Virus record (IMG/VR): IMGVR_UViG_3300037400_001705
DNA: 64,000 nt
Reading direction: 5' to 3' (one strand)
Source of the DNA: an uncultured virus (IMG/VR IMGVR_UViG_3300037400_001705)
Taxonomy: Duplodnaviria; Heunggongvirae; Uroviricota; Caudoviricetes
Shown: positions 38,972 to 48,726 of the stretch, in pieces
Position numbering within the stretch: position 1 is the first letter of the stretch
Layout of the letters: each line of letters starts with the position of its first letter
Program-made: the position numbers and the translations under genes
The notes under the pieces: model-generated
The model's database searches: none
Told to the model about the DNA's origin: nothing
What the model saw: only the letters and a program-made list of their open reading frames with translations

Positions 38972-40621
38972 ATGGTAAAGAGTTTTGACTTTAAGGAAGT
39001 TCTCGTTCGCAAGCCTATCTACAAAGTATTACCAAGCGAAAAGAACGTTATGTTTGAGACATATCAAGGCAGCGATATGTCGGAGCCTGATGACCCTCTC
39101 AAGCTGCAGGTCTACACGCAGTCGAAGATGCTACGTGAATACTACCCGTCGGCTCACAACATCAACAATCCTGTCCTCTATCCTGACGTATGGAAGGAAA
39201 TGCCAGTTCCGGGCAAGCCGAATCAGAAGCGTTACTTCCGTCAGCCCATCACACGCACAGCCTTGGCTTTCCAGCGGGTGATAAAGATTAAGAGGAATAC
39301 GCATGTCTGTGGTAACGACATACAGTTTGAGTTGGCGTCAAAGAGCCGTGACGAGGCAAAGACACTACAGGACACACTATCACTGTTGGACTTCAAAGAG
39401 GGCTGGCTGACAATGGGTATGGAGGAACGCTTCTACGAGGCCGTGGACTCCATCAACACCGTTGCGGATGCTGCCGTGGTGGCATATTTCGACGAAGACG
39501 GTGAGCCTCAGACGCGCACGTTCTCATTCATCAATGGCGATAAACTATATCCACATTACGACCCCATCACGGGACGCATGATTCTCTTTGCACGTAAGTA
39601 CTACGACCTCGACGAGGACGGAAAACATACCACGGAATGGGTAGAGGTGTGGGATGATGAATACATGTATCGCTTCAAGCGGGACGTGAAGAGTGTGTCG
39701 GCAAAGATACTTGACGTCTTTGGGTTGAACGGCTTCAAACAGGTGGGCGAACCTCAGAAGCATGGCTTTCCGTTCATTCCCGTTGCCTATCATGTCAATC
39801 CCGAGGGTCCGGCATGGGCTTTCTCTCAGGACACTATCGAGAAATACGAAGAGGCTATGTCTTACTTCTTCGAGAACAACAAGGCATACGCTTTTCCCAT
39901 CTTCTATGCCAAGGGCAAGGGCGTGAAGCTCAGTGGAAACATGAATGGTGCCGTCAAGGCAGTGGCTATCTCTGACCCCAAGGGTGAAGCTGGTTTTCTC
40001 AAACAAGAGGATGTATCAAACTCGTACAACACTCTTCTTATCAAACTATATGACCTTATCTATGAACAGTCGTTTGCCGTCAAACCGCCTGAATTGAAGT
40101 CTGGCGACCTGCCAGGAGTAGCCGTGAAGCTACTCTTCTCGCCTGCCATCGAGCAGGCCATTGGTGACGCGGAGCACTTGCAGCCATTCGTGGAACAGCT
40201 GGTGCGCATCATCAAGTATGCTTGGGGATATAAGCTCAACCATCCGGCTACACTCATGAATCTGCCTATCAAGTCGTGGATTGAGCCGTACATTCACCAG
40301 AATTTGGGCGAACTGATGCAGAATTTACAAATAGGCGTTCAGCAGGGTTTTATTTCAAAACAAACCGCTGCCGAAAGAGCGTCTATGTATACAAAGAACG
40401 ACGAGATAGACAGAATTATGAAGGAGTATAAGCAAAAACAAGAAATGGATTTGCTTTACGAAGTCCGCAAGCGTCAAGAAGAAGTTGCCCTTGAAATAAA
40501 GAAACAAAAAGAAATTGGAAAGGCAAATGTAAGAACGGGAAACGGCCAAAGACTGACAGACGAAAACGGCAATAGATTAACTGGCGAGAATAATTGGGAT
40601 GATTGGAATAAAACGCATTAA
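38972..40621 (+). CDS. portal protein
   Basis: About 550 aa after terL; HGFPFIPV, LPGVAVKLLF, GFISKQTA. Confidence 0.85.
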   Translation: MVKSFDFKEVLVRKPIYKVLPSEKNVMFETYQGSDMSEPDDPLKLQVYTQSKMLREYYPSAHNINNPVLYPDVWKEMPVPGKPNQKRYFRQPITRTALAFQRVIKIKRNTHVCGNDIQFELASKSRDEAKTLQDTLSLLDFKEGWLTMGMEERFYEAVDSINTVADAAVVAYFDEDGEPQTRTFSFINGDKLYPHYDPITGRMILFARKYYDLDEDGKHTTEWVEVWDDEYMYRFKRDVKSVSAKILDVFGLNGFKQVGEPQKHGFPFIPVAYHVNPEGPAWAFSQDTIEKYEEAMSYFFENNKAYAFPIFYAKGKGVKLSGNMNGAVKAVAISDPKGEAGFLKQEDVSNSYNTLLIKLYDLIYEQSFAVKPPELKSGDLPGVAVKLLFSPAIEQAIGDAEHLQPFVEQLVRIIKYAWGYKLNHPATLMNLPIKSWIEPYIHQNLGELMQNLQIGVQQGFISKQTAAERASMYTKNDEIDRIMKEYKQKQEMDLLYEVRKRQEEVALEIKKQKEIGKANVRTGNGQRLTDENGNRLTGENNWDDWNKTH

Positions 40622-40635
40622 AAATCATTAAAATA

Positions 40636-40667
40636 TTTGTGAGATAAGAAAGTATTACCTATCTTTG
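40636..40667 (+). promoter_or_regulatory. consensus Bacteroidota promoter
   Basis: TTTG-N20-TATCTTTG. Confidence 0.8.
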
Positions 40668-40691
40668 CAAAGTCTTAAATATTTATTTTAT

Positions 40692-41693
40692 ATGGAAGAA
40701 ATTTGGAAAGATATTAAAGGTTATGAAGGACTCTATCAGGTATCAACGCTTGGTAGAGTTAGGTCTGTCTCACGTGAGGTTATAGACAGTATTGGCAGGC
40801 ACTCTATTAAAGAGGGCAGAATACTTTCTCTAAGAAATTCCACTCAGACTGGTTATCCTACGACTAATTTAACAAAGGACGGGAAATGTGCATCGTTCAA
40901 CGTTCATCGACTTGTTGCAGAAGCATTTATTCCTAACCCGAATAATCTTCCTTGTGTAAACCACAAAGACGAATCAAGGAACAATAATATTGTTAGCAAT
41001 CTTGAATGGTGCTCGTATAGATATAACAATACTTACGGAACCGCTGTGAAAAGAAGAAATGAAAGTCTTGTCAGATTTTACGAAAAACACAATGAACTTC
41101 TTTCTCCAGTCGTTCAATATTCAAAATCTGGTGAAATTATATGTGAGTATAGGAGTATTCGAGAGGCTGAGAAGATTATTGGACTTGAAAAGTCATCTGG
41201 TATTTCTGCCTGCTGTCACGGAAAACTCAAAATCGCTTATGGCTTTGTGTGGAGATTTAAAGGCGAGCCGTTTTCCATCGAAGAATACAAGCCAAAGCGT
41301 CATCAGAAATTCGTCATCAAGCGTGATGCTAACGGTGAAGAGATTGCGAGATATACAAGCATGTCTGCTGCCGCAACCGCAAACGGATTTGACAGAAAGT
41401 TACTCAGAAAGACAAATTCTATCAATGGCTACACATACGATGTAGAGAAGAAAGAGAATGAATATATCCCAAAAGGACACAAAGGCCCACGCCCAGACCT
41501 TATAGACAAAGGAACGAAGAAAGTGTATCAGTACACAAAAGACGGAAAGTTTGTAGCAGAATATAATAGTATCAAAGAAGCTGCAATAGCCATGGGCGGC
41601 ATAAAGCGTTCATCGGATATTATAAATTGCGCGAAAGGCAATCTTCGCTCTGCATTTGGATTTGATTGGAGATATAATAAAAAGAAAAAATAA
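40692..41693 (+). CDS. NUMOD4-HNH homing endonuclease with NUMOD1-like repeats
   Basis: EIWKDIKGYEGLYQVS.LGRVRS; VHRLVAEAF..VNHKDE...NLEW; repeated VxQYxKxG..YxSIxEA. Confidence 0.9.
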   Translation: MEEIWKDIKGYEGLYQVSTLGRVRSVSREVIDSIGRHSIKEGRILSLRNSTQTGYPTTNLTKDGKCASFNVHRLVAEAFIPNPNNLPCVNHKDESRNNNIVSNLEWCSYRYNNTYGTAVKRRNESLVRFYEKHNELLSPVVQYSKSGEIICEYRSIREAEKIIGLEKSSGISACCHGKLKIAYGFVWRFKGEPFSIEEYKPKRHQKFVIKRDANGEEIARYTSMSAAATANGFDRKLLRKTNSINGYTYDVEKKENEYIPKGHKGPRPDLIDKGTKKVYQYTKDGKFVAEYNSIKEAAIAMGGIKRSSDIINCAKGNLRSAFGFDWRYNKKKK

Positions 41694-41695
41694 CT

Positions 41696-42256
41696 ATGGA
41701 CGTAACAGTATCATCAAAGACAAGTAAGCTGGCTCGTTCGCTGGGCCTCACTCCCGAACAGATGGCTTTCGCTGACCTCGCAACACAGGGCTGGCCAGAG
41801 GAGGACGCTTACGCAGTTTCAATCCGCACGGGCATGCAAACATGGAACCGTACCGCTATCAAGGCAGAGGTGGCTAAGATTCTCGCCATGGATGCAGTAC
41901 AGAAGCGTATCGCTGCCAACAAAGAAGTCCTACGTGAGTCGCAGGTGAAGAAAATCCAAAAGGACATGAAGGAGAATGCCGACGAACTCCTGGAACTGGC
42001 TACCAACAAGGAAAAGAAACTCATAGAACTGCAGACTATCCTCAAAAGCCTCAAACCAGGCTCTACTGAGTATAACAAAATCAACGACCAAATCATTAAC
42101 ATCTCTCGCATGAAGCAGAACGAGGTAAAGACGGATGACAAGACCATCCACTACTATCTCCCTGTCTCATATCCTACTGGTTGTCACGACTGCCTGTATT
42201 CTCGTTGCAACGAGTGCCAGTATAAGCGCGAGTGTCTTACCAAAGAATCAGATTAG
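41696..42256 (+). CDS. possible terminase small subunit
   Basis: N-terminal HTH-like LTPEQMAFADL...EDAY; in the packaging operon. Confidence 0.5.
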   Translation: MDVTVSSKTSKLARSLGLTPEQMAFADLATQGWPEEDAYAVSIRTGMQTWNRTAIKAEVAKILAMDAVQKRIAANKEVLRESQVKKIQKDMKENADELLELATNKEKKLIELQTILKSLKPGSTEYNKINDQIINISRMKQNEVKTDDKTIHYYLPVSYPTGCHDCLYSRCNECQYKRECLTKESD

Positions 42257-42342
42257 CTTCGACAACTTCTAACAACCCAACTTTATTTTGTGTCATACGT
42301 AAAAGAGGGGGCCACTTGCGATAAGCAGCTCCCTCTCTCTTG

Positions 42343-42603
42343 TTATGTATGTTGCTGTTGCACAGCAACCGCTCGTTCGTCGAAATGTTCACACGCCCTA
42401 TCACTCAGCAGCACACAGTAGACACCATCCTTATACCACGGACACCGCCCCATCGTTGGCTTCTTGTCCTTGACCGTCAACGTATGCTGCAACGTCACCT
42501 CAGTACAATGAACGCACTCGCCACACTTTCGCCCTATCCATTTCTTGGCCTTCTCTGGCTTAGGTAGTGGATTTGGTTTCCTGTAAACAGCCATATTCTG
42601 CAA
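42343..42603 (-). CDS. Cys-rich hypothetical protein
   Basis: CGECVHC...C...C motifs. Confidence 0.6.
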   Translation of the reverse strand: MQNMAVYRKPNPLPKPEKAKKWIGRKCGECVHCTEVTLQHTLTVKDKKPTMGRCPWYKDGVYCVLLSDRACEHFDERAVAVQQQHT

Positions 42604-43018
42604 TCAGTAGTGCATCAGCATTCTTCAACGTCACCTTCGTCTTGGGGAATAATTGTTGGGCCTTACCCTTCAACCTGTTCTTGTGGGCGGTGTAGGCTTC
42701 GTCTTTCTTCGACTTGACGCCGAGGACCGTCTGCCATTTAGACGGCAGTACGTCGATGCAGCGTATCTTATGACAAGTGACGGCCATCTGGACGTAGCCA
42801 TAAAACTGGCCAAACGTAAACGTACTGGCCACTCCCTGTTTGGGCATGGAGTGGACTATCTCGATGTAAGCACAGCCAGCATCTTTGTGACGCTCCACAA
42901 AATCGCTGATGTCAGCAAGGGTGTCTGGCATGGCAACAACCTCTATCACTTCATGGGTGTCGGAGTCTATAACTGCCAGACCACCACCTTTTCCCGGGTC
43001 TATTCCTAATATCTTCAT
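42560..43018 (-). CDS. RuvC-like Holliday junction resolvase
   Basis: ILGIDPG, YIE, STFTFG, ADALLIA. Confidence 0.85.
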   Translation of the reverse strand: MKILGIDPGKGGGLAVIDSDTHEVIEVVAMPDTLADISDFVERHKDAGCAYIEIVHSMPKQGVASTFTFGQFYGYVQMAVTCHKIRCIDVLPSKWQTVLGVKSKKDEAYTAHKNRLKGKAQQLFPKTKVTLKNADALLIAEYGCLQETKSTT

Positions 43019-43221
43019 ACCAGCTTCTTCCTCAAATCCTTGATATGTTCGGTAATCGTAGTCAGCCTGTCCGTCACAAGGCTGTCATTACACACAGGGA
43101 TGAAGTTGGGCATCTCCACCTTCGGATTCTCAATGGCACAGCAGAGGTTACCCAAATAGTCCGTAACTCTGGTATAGTCCTCTACAATCTCTATGATGTC
43201 TTTACTCGCCTCCATGCTCAT
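43015..43221 (-). CDS. hypothetical protein
   Basis: ORF with overlapping start and stop codons. Confidence 0.6.
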   Translation of the reverse strand: MSMEASKDIIEIVEDYTRVTDYLGNLCCAIENPKVEMPNFIPVCNDSLVTDRLTTITEHIKDLRKKLV

Positions 43222-43807
43222 CCTCTTCTGCTTTTTCTTCTTCTGTTGCTTGCGATGTCATCGCAACCTCCTTAGCCATATCCATGAGCACGGCCTTCTG
43301 CTCTTCCTCTTCCTTGACTTCTTCCAGTATCTTGTCATCCTCAGCTTTCTCTTCGGCTGTCTCGACAGCACCAGCAATAGACTTCTGACGCTCAACGAGG
43401 CCTTTCAGGGCGTTGGCCTTATCCTCGTAGTATTTCTGGTCCCCGGCAGTACACACGTCGGCCATCCACATACCAAAGACGTGCAGAATGTCGGCGATGC
43501 TGTTCTGGTCTGGAATCTCACCACCTTCTTGCACTTCCAAAGCGGCGGGAATACAGTAGTCAAGCCAGCGGAATACCTGTGTATTGAAGGCAAACGTCAG
43601 CGAGAAAACGCCGCTAATGGCCTCTACCTTAATGTATGGTATGCCCGTGCGTGCGAATTTCCTTACTTCATCCGGCAATTCCTTGGCCGCACGCAAGCCT
43701 TTGAGCTGGCTCTTACTGAGTGCTCTCGTGAACTTCAGAACTTTCCAGTTCCCAATCTTAATCTCCTTGCCAAATGGCAAAGTAGGTCTTTCTTTCTTCT
43801 CTTCCAT
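43202..43807 (-). CDS. hypothetical protein
   Basis: ORF of 201 aa, acidic C-terminus. Confidence 0.8.
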   Translation of the reverse strand: MEEKKERPTLPFGKEIKIGNWKVLKFTRALSKSQLKGLRAAKELPDEVRKFARTGIPYIKVEAISGVFSLTFAFNTQVFRWLDYCIPAALEVQEGGEIPDQNSIADILHVFGMWMADVCTAGDQKYYEDKANALKGLVERQKSIAGAVETAEEKAEDDKILEEVKEEEEQKAVLMDMAKEVAMTSQATEEEKAEEDEHGGE

Positions 43808-43824
43808 GATTATTTACTTTTTCG

Positions 43825-44067
43825 TCATTTTATTTGCATTTCTTTCATTATTTCGTCATAATCTGTAATGACACTTTTCAGAGGATTCTTATACTTTCCT
43901 TCATAGTTGACGCATCTATATATGACACCAGAGATATTGCCGTTTGGCCCCTTTATGGTACCCTTATCGGCCTTATGCTTCTCACGCTCACACAGCAGCC
44001 GCATCTTTTGTGTACAAGTAGCACAGTTGGCCTTGTCTTGTGGGAAATCGTCAATGGTCAAATACAT
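43825..44067 (-). CDS. hypothetical protein
   Basis: ORF coupled to the helicase stop (TGATG). Confidence 0.6.
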   Translation of the reverse strand: MYLTIDDFPQDKANCATCTQKMRLLCEREKHKADKGTIKGPNGNISGVIYRCVNYEGKYKNPLKSVITDYDEIMKEMQIK

Positions 44068-45590
44068 CAGTCATCCTCTTTAATGAACGTTCCTTTTTCT
44101 TCCACGTAGTCCACCTGCAAATTGGCATCACGAATGACAAACTTCTCTTTTATACGCTCGGCATTGCAGCCATAGACAATATAACTGTTGCCATCCTGCG
44201 TGCGTTTCTTGCCAAAACCGAGCTTACTCATGGTATGCCCGAACTTCTGGCCAGAAACAGGCTCTACGTCATTGTCCAAACAGAACTGTGTGAGGCTTTC
44301 AATCATTTCCGATGAAGGAATAAGGGTGTACTCTTCATGTACCGCATGGGCCTCTTTGCGCATCTGATAGCTGTTGACCCACGCCAATACGGGATTCATC
44401 TGCAACTGCGCCAACAATATCTGCCTGCGATTGCCCTCACTCGACGGAAAAACGAACTTCCTGCGCTTCAACTCCCTACTGCCCCTCAATATCCAGTTAA
44501 AGATACCGGGGTACTCGGCCACAAGTTCCCTCGACAAAGCGGGATTCTGCTTGTCTCTCGGAATGGTAATCTCAAAGCTGATAAACTGTAAGCGTCGAAT
44601 GAAACCAAGGCTCTGGTCATCACTATACGGCAACTCGTTAAGGTTGAATATCAAGAACGGAATATTGTAGTTCTCCCTTACGTCCTCGCCTAACTTCCTG
44701 TCCGTGACGCTCTCGCCAGATACGATGCGCTTAAAAACGCCCGTGCGCTTTCTGCCAAAGGTACGCTGGTCGCTATCCGATGACCAGTTGAAGATGGCTT
44801 CACGCAACAAGCGTCTGGCTCTCATACCCTCATCACCTGTGGCAGTCAGATCATCGTAGTCGAGTCCGCTGATACGCTCCTTGCCAAAGATACCGACGGC
44901 AGTATCATAGATGGTACTCTTGCCGTTGGCTCCTGCACCCAACAATATCAGGCACAACTCTATCTTCGCCGCATTTTTTCCCTCGTAGGGATTGTAGACC
45001 GTGCCGCGCTCCATCAATCCAAGACCCAAGAACATCTGCAATATCAGGCGGCTGTTCTTGTCGGGCAACACCTCATGCAGGAAGTTATTCCACTTGTTAC
45101 ACTTGGCGTTCTCTTTATACTCGTAAGGATGGTAGTACGTCACATGATACTCAGGACTGAAAGGAAACAGCCTGTACTCCCTCAAATCCAACACGCCATT
45201 CCTGAAAGCTATCAAGTCTGGACGCGGCACAAGAACGTTATAATAGCGGATGATGTCAACGAAGTATTTTTTGCAGATAGTCTTATCACCAATCATCGGC
45301 ACTATCCTCAGATGCTCCAAGAGAAGGTCGTAGGCGGTCACTATCAGCTCTTCGCGGATGGTGACATATATCTTGCCGTCAAAGAGGTAGAAACTGCCAT
45401 CGTAGTACTTGATAGCGGCTTCTTTGGCCATCTTTCTTATCTTCTCGATGAAGTCCAGTTTCTTATCTTGGTACTCTTCGGAAGTCCTGTAACCCCAGCG
45501 ACCCTTGAACTTCTCAAAGTTATAGTCACCACCGGAGCACAGTTGCAAGAGACTGGCAAAAATCTGATTGATAACTGTACTGTCTGTCAT
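44067..45590 (-). CDS. P4/D5-family primase-associated SF3 helicase
   Basis: IAFRNGVLDL (D5_N), GAGANGKST Walker A, FKRIVSGE, GFIRR. Confidence 0.9.
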   Translation of the reverse strand: MTDSTVINQIFASLLQLCSGGDYNFEKFKGRWGYRTSEEYQDKKLDFIEKIRKMAKEAAIKYYDGSFYLFDGKIYVTIREELIVTAYDLLLEHLRIVPMIGDKTICKKYFVDIIRYYNVLVPRPDLIAFRNGVLDLREYRLFPFSPEYHVTYYHPYEYKENAKCNKWNNFLHEVLPDKNSRLILQMFLGLGLMERGTVYNPYEGKNAAKIELCLILLGAGANGKSTIYDTAVGIFGKERISGLDYDDLTATGDEGMRARRLLREAIFNWSSDSDQRTFGRKRTGVFKRIVSGESVTDRKLGEDVRENYNIPFLIFNLNELPYSDDQSLGFIRRLQFISFEITIPRDKQNPALSRELVAEYPGIFNWILRGSRELKRRKFVFPSSEGNRRQILLAQLQMNPVLAWVNSYQMRKEAHAVHEEYTLIPSSEMIESLTQFCLDNDVEPVSGQKFGHTMSKLGFGKKRTQDGNSYIVYGCNAERIKEKFVIRDANLQVDYVEEKGTFIKEDD

Positions 45591-45597
45591 CGGGATA

Positions 45598-46212
45598 TTA
45601 TTTCAGATTTAACAGTCGGGCAAAGAAACCACGGTTAAGAAGATAGTCGATATACTCCTTGCTCTCTTTGTCTGACTGCAACAATTCGGCAGCATTGGCA
45701 CGCAAGTCTTTCGCAATACCCTTCTGCAAAGTAAGCTCAGCATCTATGAGTTTGTTCGACTGCTCAAGGGTGGTATTCTTATCACTCAGCCTTCTATTGG
45801 CCTCTTCCAGACGGGCGACTTTGTCTTCCAATAGACGCAGTTGGCTCACCGTCGGACGGGTACGCTTTTTCACCACCTTGAAGGGCATCGGCTCACCAGC
45901 ATACGCATGGGCCATGTAGGCCTTTGCGTCTTCAATGCTGAAACCTTCACCAGACGTGAAAGTAAGCGTCTTGGCATCGTACTTGACACCCTTGGACTCC
46001 AGTAACTGGAAGAAACGCTTCCTCACTCGCGACGTGGCATGACGCGCAAGGTGCATATCGACGCTGACAGTGCCACCAGCACCGTCATAAGGAGCCAGAG
46101 CCTTGTAATGACCGTCGCTATCAGTACAACACTCGCCAGTAAACACAAGGATATTTCCCAGGCCACTGACAATTACATCACCACGCTTGAAAATCCTGTC
46201 TTTGCTAATCAT
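45598..46212 (-). CDS. hypothetical coiled-coil protein
   Basis: ORF ending RGFFARLLN. Confidence 0.75.
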   Translation of the reverse strand: MISKDRIFKRGDVIVSGLGNILVFTGECCTDSDGHYKALAPYDGAGGTVSVDMHLARHATSRVRKRFFQLLESKGVKYDAKTLTFTSGEGFSIEDAKAYMAHAYAGEPMPFKVVKKRTRPTVSQLRLLEDKVARLEEANRRLSDKNTTLEQSNKLIDAELTLQKGIAKDLRANAAELLQSDKESKEYIDYLLNRGFFARLLNLK

Positions 46213-46420
46213 AACATAAGCAGAAACAGAACAAAAGATAGCTACACAAGAATGAACGTTCGGCAAATAACCTCAAAATCTCACAAAAACGCCTGCACAT
46301 CGGCATTCTCAACGATTACCATACACAACACTATGTACGATAAACACGATTTGAAGGATAAAGCCAGGACCTAAGCCCCTCTCGCTATTATACCTATCTT
46401 AAAGATAACTAAACCCGACG

Positions 46421-46428
46421 CAAAGATA
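46421..46428 (-). promoter_or_regulatory. -7 promoter box of the leftward replication operon
   Basis: TATCTTTG on the minus strand. Confidence 0.6.
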
Positions 46429-47288
46429 CACAAAATCTTTCATATCATACATTTTTATCCACAAAACCCCATAAATATTAGGATTTTTTAATGAACGATA
46501 ATATCTGATGGCTTATTTTATACTCATTTTTATGAACGAAATCGTGACATCATCAAAAATGTCAAAATTTCGGTATCGTTCATGCTTCAAACTCACCAAA
46601 TTTACACCACAAAACAGCAGCTAACGCCTGAATTGTTAAAACGACCTGAAAAATTGGGAAAAAAATATTTTTGAGGTGACTGGGGCGCAAATTTCGTGCC
46701 AGATGGGGGGGGTAGGGGGTGTTAAAGAGTATTTAACACTCCACCTTAATTTTAGTTAATATTTACACTCAACGCCCTATTTTACAGTTATTTAACACCA
46801 TTTCCGATATTATACCATATAACATAGGATATTTAATTAACATTTATTAACTTAATATATTTGGTTTAACAAATTTTTGCAGTTCGCGCCACCTTGTCAT
46901 CTCCCTGACAATCTGTCAGTTACATATTTTTGTCAATATATTTTCCATGTAAAGAAAAGCGAAATTTTGTGTTCGCTTCCAATTCTAAATAATACCTTAA
47001 TTTTTGTTAATTCATAAATATGCACTATAATGTACTGACTTTGAGCACTTTACGCGCTTTGCATATTCATCCTATTTAGACAAAACGCGCCACGACGCAA
47101 ATATTTTCTTATGAAAGATATTGACAAAACAGCCTTAAAATAGCCTTAATTTAGACTGTGTTTATAGCAATAATTTTGCACTCGCAACTACTTGATATAC
47201 AATACTTTGCAAATCTACTTTGTGTTTATAATATAGTTATTTAGACAAAATAGTAAAAATGTTTACAAAATATCTCGTTTTTATTTCG

Positions 47289-47296
47289 TACCTTTG
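47289..47296 (+). promoter_or_regulatory. -7 promoter box of the rightward accessory operon
   Basis: TACCTTTG, about 80 bp before ATG 47380. Confidence 0.65.
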
Positions 47297-47379
47297 CAGT
47301 ACATAAGAGATATAGTATTAACCAAAGGAGCGCAGCGTCTGGGCTCGCCTGCAATCAGGAACAAGGGACGCACGAAGTT

Positions 47380-48000
47380 ATGGCAAAGTTTACAGACAAT
47401 CAGAGAGAGAGCGCGAAGGTAGCAGCTATGACAGCTTACCAGAACACACTGATTGAATCCTACCTTTTCGGCGCAACCGACGAGGAGCGCGAGAACATGA
47501 AGAAGGCCTTCAACGATGACACGAAGGCGGGTGCGTTCCTGCTTATTCGTGGAACTGACTCAAAGGTCAACGAGAACGGAGAGCTGACAACCACCGACAA
47601 AGATGGTAACGTTGAAGTGTGGAAAGGTGCGTATGTGTTCACGTCTCTAACTTGGAAAGTAGACAAAGAGACTGGAAAGGTGACGGAAACGCGGAACTAC
47701 TTCCGTGCTCCTATTGAAGTTAATACGTGGGTACGTTGCGAGCGTGTCGTTAACTCGTGGATTGACTATGCCGAGCGCAAGTATCAAGACGTTTTGGACA
47801 CCATTACAAAACGTCGCGAGAAGGTTGAGAAGGATTGCAAAACGTTGATGGCCGCAGCCGTTGCCCTTCTTGAGTTTACCGACACTATTCCCGAGAAGTT
47901 CGTTGAGAAGTATCGCGAGACATACCGTGAAGGCGTCCGCTACGGTTACGCATTCGACGATGAGATTGTTTCCGCCTTCACGGAAAGCGACGGCAAGTAA
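47380..48000 (+). CDS. hypothetical protein, first gene of the accessory operon
   Basis: ORF of 206 aa. Confidence 0.85.
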   Translation: MAKFTDNQRESAKVAAMTAYQNTLIESYLFGATDEERENMKKAFNDDTKAGAFLLIRGTDSKVNENGELTTTDKDGNVEVWKGAYVFTSLTWKVDKETGKVTETRNYFRAPIEVNTWVRCERVVNSWIDYAERKYQDVLDTITKRREKVEKDCKTLMAAAVALLEFTDTIPEKFVEKYRETYREGVRYGYAFDDEIVSAFTESDGK

Positions 48001-48025
48001 TCGACACCGCACAACCAAACAAGAC

Positions 48026-48058
48026 GGGACGGGGAGAAATCCCCGCCCTATCTTTTTT
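48026..48058 (+). terminator. intrinsic terminator
   Basis: GGGACGGGGA-GAAA-TCCCCGCCC-TATCTTTTTT. Confidence 0.7.
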
Positions 48059-48065
48059 GATACCA

Positions 48066-48131
48066 TTTCAAAAATCCCCTGACGAGTCTTTGAGAATTAA
48101 GACGAAACACCTGGCGTGTCGGGATCTGAAA
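48066..48131 (+). ncRNA. hammerhead ribozyme (type I)
   Basis: Stem I ATCCC/GGGAT, core CTGACGA, stem II GTCTT/AAGAC, GAA, stem III ACAC/GTGT, GUC cleavage triplet ending at 48120. Confidence 0.9.
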
Positions 48132-48193
48132 AATCTCCAGTGTATTGTCCGACTGAACGAACGGACTGAACGAATAAAACGAACGAACGATTT

Positions 48194-48583
48194 ATGAGAA
48201 CGAACGAACAACTGGCCCGAACGAACGAGCCGAACAACCGAACGACTAACGATGCTGCCAGACAGCTTCGCAGACGTCAGGCAAAGAGAAATGAGAATGT
48301 ACGGAGAGCGATTTTAGACGCTATCGAGAGTACGATTCCGTATGCTCCGCGCCTGATTGAGTTCCCGAACGAGATTGTAGTACGAACGAAGTACGAGAAC
48401 CACGCTATTTTCCGCGCCAAGTATCTGCGAACGAGTACGCATTTCCCCGGCATTGTTCCAGAGCTGGTGAACGATAGCGGTGGCTACATGCTGATAACGT
48501 GGTTGACGTTTGGCTCTCTGCTGAGATTGCTCAAGGAAGTACGACAGGGCAATGAGATTAAGAATTTCGATTTCTTCATGTAA
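48194..48583 (+). CDS. hypothetical protein between the two ribozymes
   Basis: ORF of 129 aa; N-terminus encoded by AACG repeats. Confidence 0.65.
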   Translation: MRTNEQLARTNEPNNRTTNDAARQLRRRQAKRNENVRRAILDAIESTIPYAPRLIEFPNEIVVRTKYENHAIFRAKYLRTSTHFPGIVPELVNDSGGYMLITWLTFGSLLRLLKEVRQGNEIKNFDFFM

Positions 48584-48594
48584 ACGATACGATT

Positions 48595-48726
48595 ATGAAG
48601 TACGTACAGAAATTCAGGGTTGCCTATTGGTACATTGTATTGGACGGCAAAGAGATTAGGTCAAACAAGTACGAAGGGACAGGTTATCGCCCAAAGATTG
48701 AAAGCGACCTGATTAGAATAGATTAA
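48595..48726 (+). CDS. 43-aa hypothetical peptide
   Basis: MKYVQKFRVAYWYIVLDGKEIRSNKYEGTGYRPKIESDLIRID; stop abuts the twister. Confidence 0.45.
   Translation: MKYVQKFRVAYWYIVLDGKEIRSNKYEGTGYRPKIESDLIRID

Noticed and set aside
47327..47372. HDV-like ribozyme in the 5' leader (GAGC/GCTC, GCGTC/GACGC, CCTG/CAGG)
   Set aside because: No room for P3/L3; at most a simple pseudoknot
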